NCBI RefSeq assembly: GCF_964355755.1
Contig: NC_092676.1
Location: 6,115,888 to 6,179,887, forward strand
DNA length: 64,000 bases
Reading direction: 5' to 3'
From: Antedon mediterranea
Lineage: Eukaryota > Animalia > Echinodermata
In this document: positions 42,301 to 54,300 of the stretch, one piece after another
Layout: each line of letters begins with the position of its first letter
Numbering within the stretch: position 1 is the first letter of the stretch
Notes under the pieces: model-generated
What the model was told of the DNA's origin: nothing
What the model saw: only the letters and a program-made list of their open reading frames with translations
Database searches by the model: none
Program-made: the position numbers and the translations under genes

Positions 42301-45300
42301 AGGTTTGTCGCAAGGATAAGCAGTGTAAAAGGTAGCAAGTAATTGTTATTGTAAAGAAAGATCGCGAGTAAAAAATATACAACACGAAACTAGCGTGCGA
42401 AAATGGGGTCGTAGGTTGTAAAGACAACTGACCTTAAAACGTAATTTCCGGTTTGTGATTCGTCGATTAAGCATTTAAGCGGTTAAATATTTCAAGTACG
42501 AACAACGCTCAATTTATAACCCGAGGCATGGGTGAAATTAAGCGCTTATTTTAACCACCGTACGAACACGACCTAAGTTAACTATATTTTGGTGATTTTA
42601 TTGAGTTCATTTAAAAGTAGAACTTAATGAACATATTTTATCAATTAATTATATCTCTTTGTAGGGTTTGATTTCCAGGCTTTGAGATAATAACTACAAT
42701 ATCCTGTCCAGATTAATGCCCTAACCTTATGTTATGCAAATTTCTATTTTTTAAAGTCCTTGGAAGACACTGTGATTGCAAAGGAATTTTCTTTTATGTT
42801 CAGATTAGCTAGGCAGACCCACATAATAAACACTTGCTGTGGTGATACTATCAGTGATAAGATTTCAGATCAACTTTGCTTTATGGAGGATTTTTTTTAT
42901 TCTTTAATTAGAACACTGTTGTCTAGGACTATATAGTACAAATCCTATGGGTGTTTAAATGATATAGAATTGTTTAGTGTTAGTTAAACTAACCTACTTT
43001 TGATCAACTTGGTTGGCCTAGATTTAACAATATTTCTTACAAATTTAATTTGGAATTTTATCGAAATAAACGCTTGTTTAAAGGTACTGTTTATATTTAT
43101 ACCATATTTAAAAATTTATAATAATATCAAGACACAGTCTTCTTCTTTCCTTTCCTTTCCAATTTTTCCTCCGAAAAGTACAACCTCTAATGTACTATAC
43201 AGACTTAAAAATAGGTAACTACTGTGTTTATGCTAGATATCTGATTTTATTTATTCATATAACAAAATTTTAAATTTAAAAATTAGACGGAGTTCAGATG
43301 AAGTCGTTGAGAGGAAATAAAATAAACTGCCATCAACAGATCCTTCACATGTTTATGCTCTAGAGCAGACATTTTATTTCATAAGAGACAAGAACATTGA
43401 CATGAATGTTATTCAGGGGGACAGATTGAGTGAATGTAATTGAATGTCTACCCAGGTAGATAAGGCTCTAGGGTACTGATTATTGAGGCTTTCACCATTG
43501 ATTACTGTACATAATGTGAACTTTGACTTTACACTCTTTATTCATCAGTCAATCTTGGAAAATTGTATTGAATATTTCTCGTTATATAAACATTTCAGAA
43601 TTTGGTTTTATTGCGGTTTTTAAACAGTGTAAGAAATAGCAGCATTGTGGGTTTGTCATATCTTTTAATAGCTTAAATATAATTGATTCCATTACTTATT
43701 ATATCAAGATTGTTTTTAAGTTGGTGCCTGGATAAGTCATGTATTGTCCTCTGCTGTTTTATGGAATTTTGTTGTTGCATTAAACTTAAAGAATGTATTC
43801 ATTTTAGAGTGCAGTGTATTTGAATTCGGTGATATACTTGACTTTAATTAGCCTATTTTTGCTGTTTACATTGTGTGTTGACAGCCAAGAACTACTGTGC
43901 AGGATAGTATTCTGTGTTGGTCTTGGGTAAATAAAGATGACCTGACCTGGGATTTAGCTTATGTACTATATGTAAAAAGTTGGAGAGAGGTTTTTATATA
44001 TTAAAAAAAAAAAGTGGAAAAAGGGAATGAATTATGAATTGATTGTTTTGTCAGTACAGTAAGTTCCATGTTGACTTGCTTTATTTAAATGCTTAAATTA
44101 CAACACAAATACATCTGAGCAAGATTTTGGGTGATGCTTTGAAATGGAACTTTCCCAGTAATTTCACAATGGAAAAACAATAACAAGTAGGGCTACATTT
44201 AGGAGACAAGGAGAAAATCAACAATTTTTTTTAAATGGCCTAAAGATTATAACTTATTTCTTTTTAAATAACATATTTCTTCTATTACATTACCATACAT
44301 TTAACTATTCTACATTGGCTTTTGTTGATTGCACAATAGAACACAAGGACATACAGATAATTGGGTCCACCAGTAACACCAGGATTGTCTGCCACACCCG
44401 GGATTAACACTCTTTGCTTTCTGTGTGATAGCTTGGCTTAGATTTTATACAACCAGTAGATTATGGTATAAACTGGCTTAGACAGCTAATTAAAGCAACA
44501 AAATATTTTTGGATTTTGTTCCAACTCATGATTTTAATATTCAGGATTATAAGGGTTGGCACGTTTGTGTTCAAAATAAAAGCTTCACCGTATTTACAGA
44601 ATTTCCAATGTTTAACAAATTACTCTTTGAATCAGCTCACATTGTGGATTACCAAACCAGTAACACCAATGTCTGGTATATGATAGAAATTTAAAAAAAT
44701 GATAATAATAATAATAATTTATTGGATACTTCACTTTTACAACAGTGGAGGCACACTTTGATGATAAAGGTGCGTCCAAATAAAAACATACAAGGATAAA
44801 TAAAATTACATGGATGACGTTGAGTACACACTTGATACATTTCTTTCTAGTGCCAATTTGTTTTACAACTGAACAAATTGTAATTTTGTAGGTCTATCAA
44901 TGTACAGTATACTGTAAAAAAAACATTAAGGATAAAATAAGTTAATGAAAAACATACAGAATGTTTAATATTTTTTGTTGTGAATGGCTAAACTGGGCTA
45001 GTTGACTAGATTACTAGCCCAGGTGCTATTTGCTTTCCTACAGTATATAACCAACTCAACGAAAAGTAGGCCTAGATACTAAGAATTTTTACTAGACCAC
45101 CAGGCAACATTTTTGTAATCAACTATACTCAAAAAGTATTTTTAATTAGACATTACACTTTACAGCCAGGCTACAGTAAGTGTAAACTCATTGAGATCTG
45201 AGTGTGTGTACTCCATATTAATGCTGAATTAAATACTGCAGTGCCTTAGTATACAACATCATCCATGCGATCACAGACATTATCTTATGAAGGATTATTG

Positions 45301-48300
45301 ATGATATTCCCATCAAATACAATAAGCTATCGGTTAATCTTTGTACTTCACTTCTATTTAGTGGTAGAAAATCTATATACCATAATTACATTCACCGTTT
45401 ACTGTTAGGATCGTGTTGTTTCTCGATTGTAATTATAGTCGTCCACGTGAGAATCGTGTTGGTTCTTGACAAGATGTTCGTTGTGTTACCAGTTTGATTA
45501 GATAATTATAACCAGTCAATCTTAACTACTCTCTACATTTGTTTTGTAACTATGCTGTATGCTGAACTATGCTTGTTTTATGTCGTATTGTTGATGGCCC
45601 CTTAAAATCAGCATTCCGCTGGCTGGGTCACCCTCTTGAAAGATGGTTAAATAAATAAATGAAATATTCAACAGTTCAGGCCCTTTAGATTAGACCTGAC
45701 ATGTTCTTCCTTCCCCCTCCCCATCCCTGTAGTGTAACAGAGTTTGCATGCTACTAGACACAAGCAGAGTTTAAGTTTAGCTTTGTCAAACAATAAAAAT
45801 AAACTTGGTCCAAGTCTACCTGGCAGTTTCACAGAATCCAAATTAAGTGGAGCTGTAGCTTGGTGGGTAACATGCTTGCCTTACAATCCCAAGGTCCCGG
45901 GTTTAATCCTGACCTAGTGCAGGGTTGTAACTCAGGACTCTTTCAACTCCACTCCCTAAGCCTCAAATGAGACTTAGTTTATAAGCACGATAAATTATTA
46001 AATAGTTTATCCATCCTGTAATTGGTGAGTTACTCGCTGTTGGATGAGTATGAATAAAAAAAAAAAAAAAAAAAAAAAAAAGATAGAGCTAAACAAATTT
46101 ACTAAATAATTGCATAAATAGGTAAAGAGCAAACAAAATGGAGGTTTTTTTTGTGTTTTTTTTTAAACCATATTTAATGAGGATGATCCATCCAGCTATT
46201 GCTGTTCATTAGGGACCCTCAGAGGTTAACAAGACAAACATATACTGTACACAAGATGCTCTACATAAACAAAGTCTTATTACAAGTCTTTGGGAGTGGA
46301 GTAATTTGGTCCTTAGAAAAAATCCTGACATGTGACAGGACTTGAACCCAGGACCCTTAGAGTGGTAGCCAAGCATCATAACCACCAAGCCACAACTCCA
46401 CTCCACTGCAGAGTTACTGCAGTAACTGCAGTGGAATAATGTGATTCTTAAAGTTTTAAAATCATATTGTTGATTTCATTGTCGGCCATATGTGATGTAC
46501 TGTAATACAGTCGTATATCCTTGAATTATTGCAACAAGGTTTAAAAATCATAATCTTGTGTGATCTCTTTTATTTTCTCTTTATCATTACCATCAACATG
46601 TCCTACATGTTAAATGCATTTCCTTCAGGTAATAACCATTTCCTGGTTGTGGATTATAAAACTCTTTTCTTCTTAATTTTTGGCTGACATGAACTTAAAC
46701 TAACCTTTATAATGTCTCTATCATCCAACAAATGATATGATAATTATTTAATATTTAATCAATAAAATAAAAACAGATAATTTTGATTGATAAATTTCCT
46801 GGTGGTGGTAGATTACATTACTTTTATTGATGAAGTTTTATTTTTGTATGACAAGAACTTAAACTGACCTTACAGGTCAATGTATATTTATAAATATATC
46901 CAAAATAAAAATGTTATAATTTTAAATCAATACAATAAAATAAGGTTATTATTGATTGACACAATACAGCAAACCTGCTTTCAAATTTGTTTGATGTATT
47001 TATAGTAGGAAAATCAATAACAGAAATTAACAATCTTGCAACAATTTTTCTGTAGATGATTATCTAGTATTACATTAATGTTAAACAGAATGAGAAAGCT
47101 TTCATTTGTTTTTCATTATGGCCTAATAATCTTCAAGGCAAGATTGATTCCCTTACAGTCCATCTCAGATTAACTTTATTAACGAATTCATTAATGATGC
47201 CAGTAAAATTCTCCTCACTGCAGCTGTCTAGTACAAGGCGATATTGGTAAGAGAATTCCTTTTCCAAATTTGGACATAGTATTATTTAAATGTGTCATCA
47301 GTCAGTGTGTTATGATTATCGTGTTTTTGTAATTAATAATCGGATACTCAGACACCATTTTTTTTTCTGGAGTGAAAATTTAAAAGGGTACCACTATAGT
47401 TCTCTAAATATCCTGGTTAAACCAATGTTACTACTAGTAACTACAGTACAAGCTTAGGGTTATTTTACTCAGCAAAAATAAATATTCTTTGTTTTAAGTC
47501 AATAATTTTGTCAGATTTTGAAATTCCACAAAATTAAAAATAAAAAGATTGTAAACGAATTAAAATGACACTATATCAACGAAGGCTGTCTAGAAATAGT
47601 TTTAAAATAAACTATAATTTATTTTTCGTCGCCTAAATTATTAAAATACTAATCGTGGATGGCATACTGTCTTGTTAAAACACAACAACAAAATTGCTAT
47701 AAAAAGTAACATGAACACATGATTAAACATTTTTTATACAGTAACCAAAAATAATGATTTGTCATAGTGTCAACAACAATCATATAATGTGTTGTTGTAT
47801 GTAGGTGACCCCTAATTTTGCTTGCTCATGTTTGGAAACATGGCTTGAAAATAAACTGTCCAACTTGGACAAAAAGATACAAAGCCAACTGCTGTACTGT
47901 ACTCAGTTTTGTTATTAGAATTTTTTTTTCCACTTTGGTTTACAAGAAACATTTTTATTTTATCTCCCAAGTAGTAAATAAAAACAAAAGATTCATATCG
48001 TATTGCCTTTTAAACAAATGTAGGATGAAAAAGCAGTCATGGTCAATAACCAGGAAGTCTTGTATGAACAATTATGATAGCATAAGACGTTGTCCTGGAT
48101 TATTTACGCATCAACACCAAGCTATCACTGCCGTTTCCTTCTTAAAACACCACTTTAGTTAATTAATTGGCAGAACGCCGTGGATGTGAAATTAGCTATT
48201 TGACACATTGTTCTTAGCCATATCCATTGTTTGGCATTGCTTAATTTCAGATGACTAATATGATAAGAAAACAGTTTGTGATGGTTTTTCTTTTTGTATT

Positions 48301-51300
48301 CTAATTGATGGTTGATTTAGAGCACCTTCCTGGCTGCCATTTAAACACTTCCTGAAGTGTGTACTTATTACAGCTACCTTTGTTTTTAATGTTTTCTATA
48401 AATTATGTAATTTGTATTAGAAATATTGCCACTAAAATGTGCATACACAACAAATTTTATGAGGCTATTTGTAGAAAAAGGAGATTAACTGAATCTGAAT
48501 TCATTGAATTTGTAATACAGTACAACCAAAAACAAAAAAAAATTCTAAAATAAAAGCATTTATTCTAGAAATAATTATTTTGCATCATAAAATTAGCTTA
48601 GTCTTCCAATTCCCCAGACCTTAAATTTTAGGTTTTCTTAGAAAGTTTGGTTTTTCGTAGAAATTACTTAGATGAATTTCGAATCTGTTCAGCCCTTCAA
48701 GAAATGCTGGGAGAGTTGACATTTAAAATATAGTTATCTTCAGACAGATACTTATATTATTACTGTTTATGTTTGCCTTCCAATCCCAAGTTCCAGGGTT
48801 CAATCCTGACCTAGTGCCATGAAAATGTAATTAGATTTGTGCCATGTGGACAATTATTTTAATAATAGTAATACACACTTAATGTTAGTAGTTTTATTCA
48901 GTAAACCTCCCACAATCTACTTGACCCAGTATCCTTGCTAATGGTGGGTCAGTGAATATTAGGAAAGTCTTATCATTGTATAACTGAATGCTAAATCTGT
49001 ACCCTTGATAACAATATTGTTTAGTAATAATACTCCAATCAAGAGGCTACTCAGTTTGTTGTTTGACCAGATTATTATCTGCTTGTCTGTCTCCAGCTCC
49101 ATGGTAAATTTAACAAATAATAGGCTTACATTATCCTAGCTATTACAGCTTTAAAATACTGTCTGAATAGCAGCTCAGTACACACTGGCACTACTATAGG
49201 ACTGTTATTTAGGTCTACAGATATCCAGGTACATTATCTTAGCCTACAGTAGTTTTAAGGCAGAGTGAAAGAAATGCTTTTTTGTCTTGTGTACAACTAT
49301 GTTCCACTTTAATTTTAGTAAAACCATTTCGCAATCGTGAAGGATGGAGAATGTAATATTTTGTCACCTTCAATTTCCATCAATCTTCCGCCGTTTCGAA
49401 TTCTAAGGTCTTTCTACCAACTTTCTCTGACACCTTTTGTGCAAGCCGCACCTTGCGTGGTAAATCTTAACACATGTTATCTTCCACATATACACATACT
49501 GTACATGCACAATTGCACATGGCTGTAATTCGGTCAATGTTGCCCTGAACATGAAGTGATTATTAATGTTCCCTTATCACACTACATTAGGGACCATATC
49601 AAATTTATTCTACTGCAGTAACTAGAATCATTGTATATGTTGTTACTACAGTAACTGCAGTAAAGTAATTTTGACATGATCCTTTACAGATATTATAAAG
49701 TAGTGGTACTGTACATGTCATTAAACGTGTTACTAGGTTGGGTCACTCTAATTTGGGAAATTGTTTATTTTGAAGTCGGTTCATATTGTACTTCATAGAG
49801 TAGAATTTCAATTTGTGACATTAATTTAGTAGATTCTCAGCCTCAACAAATGCTTAAAATAGTACAGTTAGCTAATCATTTGTATACTGCAGCATAATTT
49901 GAATTTACTGTAGCTAGTCTGGCATATTGAAATGCATCCTTGATCAGTAAAGTACTTGAAAGTTATTTCCCTTAAGCCAACACTAGTTTGGACACACCTT
50001 TTTTAACTAAGTCCTTTAAAACTAAACATCGCTATTTTGGTTATCCAGCTCGCACCGCTGTTAAAATTCAAATTCAATCAATATTGGGTACATTTTCAAG
50101 TTTCTTTAAAAAACAAAGATCATTGAACATTTAAAGATATCTTATCCCCTTGAAAAAAATAATGTAAACAAAATTTTTGTTTAAAATAAATATAATATGC
50201 CATTTTAATGTAGAAAAAAAAGGAAGTCAAATTTACAGTTTATTTTGTCTTGTTTATAAACCAAAATGATTACTGTAAATTTTTTTTTTATGATTTAATA
50301 ACCTACAAAATGCATTGTTGTAAAGCTCTGTCTACATTATCAAACTAGTGTGATGTGCTCAAATATGGTGGTGACGTGCCTAAATACGGTAGTGATACAG
50401 TATTATTACATCACTTGGTCCATATATGACACATCACATTTTGTTGTCACATAAAATTTGATAGTGTAGACAGAGCGTTAGTTTGATTTTTTTCTATATT
50501 TTTCATTTTCAACAACACAATCTTTCACCAACCAGGGAGATATCTCCCTTCTCCAACCTCTTATCGCAGCGCCACATTTTCTTTCAGCTCAATTTATTAA
50601 AATCCATTCGGTTTGCACTTTCGCTAATTGATGTTTGTAAAATATCTTCTTGCATAGCACAATTCTTCCATCTTTAGTTTTAGCTATTTGTGGAATCAAT
50701 ATGACAAAGGAATAAAGTTGCCAGGCAATCAATGAAACAACTATGATAAGACCTAAAATGAACGTAAAAGTCTATCTATAAAAGTCAATGGAATGTGCAG
50801 TATATTTCATAGTAAATTTAATTCAATGATAGGGTCATACCATTTGAGTGAAACATAAAAATAAAATAATAATTCATTCAATTTAATTCAACATTTATTT
50901 CGACCAAAATCTACATTATGTATACAGACAAAAAACAACAAAGTATCATTTGGAGGGATGACATAAAGACTCAAATAAGTACTTACAATTGTTATAAAAA
51001 CAAATTTAAACAGTATTGCTGTTATATACTGTAAATGTGCAGTTAAATACTGTAAGAATATTTTTTTATGGAAAATAAGTACTTCAAAAAGATCTAATTA
51101 CTTTCTATAAAAGTTTTCCAAATAAATTCAAATCAAATCCTGTAATTTAGGCTAAATTAGAACACAAGACATGGTAAATTTGTATAATCCTAGTAATTTA
51201 TAATCCCAGTAATTAATCCATAATCCCAGTAAACCATAATCCCAACCTCCTTTTTCCCCTTAATCTCATACTCGGGATCCATAGATATATAGATGATCTT

Positions 51301-54300
51301 TTAGTTATTGAGATAAAATAAGAATATGTACTGTAATACCAAATAAGGACATGAATAAAAGGCAAGAGTGTAATCTACTTGACGACCTACTATACAAACT
51401 TGGTTCTATAATACAGATGACCTATATATGTCAAATATCATTAATGTTAAATAGTGTGTCTATTGCACTGATCATTTACTATGTAGCAAGCATTTAATAA
51501 TGTTCAGTCGAAAACAAAGTTTGACTTGTGTTCTAAATTAAGTAAATTCTTATTATTGGCCTGTTTATATTACAAAAGTAGTACAGTTATATATTCTTTT
51601 TATGTATTTTGTTTTATGTAACGTTTAATGCTAAAACAACAAAAGTAGTAATATTCTTTTAGCAATGAAATTTAATTGATTTATTTGAAACGATAAAGAT
51701 GAGGAAATCTATGAGAATGAGAAAAACTCGCCCCAACCGAGACTCGAACTCGGACCGCCTGCTTGATATGCAGATGTCCTAACCATTAGACCACCGGGGC
51801 TTTCATGGTATTGTTCAAACTCGATTGGATAGCGACTCTTTAACATTCTCAGTGTGGTACAGCGGAACAGCACTAGTCCTCAGTTGTACGCACGCGTACC
51901 AGAGATCAAATTGATACGCCCTCATCTTTCAGTATTTTTATTCACGAGGCGTATCCCTTACCAGAGATTACTTAATTGTTTGACTTTTGTTTTATATAGT
52001 ATTAGTTTACTGTTAAGGTTACTTTTATTACAATTATAGTATCAGAACCTATTTATATTAATCTCAGTTATTTAATTATAATATAAGTGCCATTCTTTAT
52101 AATTTATTCGTTGCACTTGGATTCAATTAAATTAAAGCATGGAGACTCCATGATTATATAATAAATTGGTTATTACTTTTTGCATAGAAACATGCAAGTG
52201 CAATGGAGTTTAATAGTGTATTTAACGTCATGCTTGACTCGTAATGCAAAATGCCTGTTTTGTTGTAGCCACAACAGAAAGCCATTCTTTACGGTTCATT
52301 GGTACAAAATGAACGCAACAATAGAACAGTGCAGACTGCGCATTCAACCTGAAATCTTTGCCATTGTTCGTGTAGGAATGCAACTTTTTCAACCATTAGA
52401 GTATTTTTATTGAGTGCTAATCAAAAAGTTACAATGGCATTGACAAAAATACGAGCACTCAGAATCAGCTGAGAGATATATCACAAACTGACTCAAGTAG
52501 AAGATGCAATTTGATACATTTTTTAGCTAAATCAATTTTCTAATAGAATTTGACACTCTTTAGTAATTGAACCAGTCACTCAAAATTAGAATTGTGTATG
52601 GCACTTAGCCATCAATGCCATATGGTTTGTTTAGTTTGTTTATATTGCGTAATGAAAATTAATATTGCTAACTTTCAGGCCACACTAAACAGTGCAAACA
52701 CAGTATTATCAAAATTGATTATTCTATAAATACATTATGCATATTTAAAATGAAATTATGTAATTATATCAGATCACCAATTATTTCTAATTTAAATAAT
52801 TATTTTGGTTTATACTACAATTTTACTGAAACCCTAGTTTGACAAAAAGAGTGTGATGTGCCTAAATTTGGTAGTGATATGGCCAAATATGGTAGTGATA
52901 ATGACATAATATTTATGGGCACATCATATTTTTTGTCACATAAAGTTGATACCGGTAGTGTAGACAGAGGTTTATAAATGTAATTGGCAAGTGAGTTCTG
53001 ATGACAGTTCCATTATAAATACTGTACTACTTTTTTTTTATAGCATTTGTTCTACAAATATTTCCAAATTCCATTTCCAATGTTGATGTTTGCTTTTAGT
53101 GAGTGATGTTTACAATCAATAATATTTGATGTATTATTATCAATCAATTTACTAGTACAACAATCTATGATAGTTATTATCTAGTGCATTTAGATGTGTT
53201 AACATAAGGCTTTATTTGGATCATCGTACAAATTGTTTCATCTGCCAATAACGAATTCATTATGCGATGCTGCCTTCCGTGAGCATTATCTAAGCTTATC
53301 TGTGTCATCATTGTTATTCATGTTTCATGATCGTTTTATATTTTCACAGGCTGACGGTGAGGATGAACTGAAAAAGCGACAATTGGCTGAATTAGCAATA
53401 ATAAATGGAACGTACCGAGAGGGCGGACAAAAACCACCGCAACCACCAACGATGCATCAACCAACAAGTTAGTCTTTATCAAATGATGGTTGATCATCAT
53501 CATGACATCATCGTCATTTATCATTGTCATTTATCATCATCCTCCTCTTTGTCATCATCATGATCAGTTTAATTTGTCATTTATCATCAATCTTGTTATT
53601 ATCATTAGCCTCATTGTCATCTTCCTTCATTGTCATTTATCATCAGTCTGGTCATTGTCATCATCATTTTTGTCATTGTCATCATCATCATTGTCATCAT
53701 CATCATGATCATCATCATCATTTTCTCATTGTGTAATCTTCCATCATGGATATTTCAGTGGTATCTTTGTCATTGTTATTTGTCACTTGGAGACTTTGTC
53801 ATCGTATCATTCATCATCTCAATTTCTTTTACAACATCATTATCCTCAACCATCTATTCATTGAATTAGTGTTTATTGACATCCATCTTCATTGTCTGCC
53901 ATCCTCGTTTATTATCATTACTGTCACCTTTATTGACAAATCCCTGACAATTAATCTTTTTATCTCTTTCTGATTCCTAACTGTTCTTAATATCTTCCAT
54001 ACAGTAGTATCATTCATATTCTCTCTTATTTTCTTTCATCTATCTCTACATCCATTATCCAATTATCTTCATAAACAATCATCTATTTTTCCTATTCTTC
54101 CAATCTTCTGTAACCTTTATCCAGTCTTTATCCAATCATCCATGTTTATTTGCTTATTCATCCAGTAATCCATCTTTCGTCCAATCATTCACTCATCCTT
54201 ACTTCTTTCCAAAATCATCTTTTCCACATTATCTCTCATTTTTAATGTAAGCCTTTTATATTTTCCAACTGTAGTTACCTGAAAAATCTGCTCACATTCA

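Noticed and set aside
41910-42338. Overlapping GC-rich ORFs as a nested gene
   Set aside because: They lie inside a TIR/TAA-bounded Harbinger-type element and have no recognisable domain.
49330-50677. Moderately GC-rich patches (49330-49550, 50495-50675) as hidden exons
   Set aside because: Frames are interrupted by stops and I found no motif or compatible splice sites; probably decayed repeats.
53490-53973. His-, Ile- and Ser-rich ORFs
   Set aside because: Artefacts of a degenerate (CAT)n tract.
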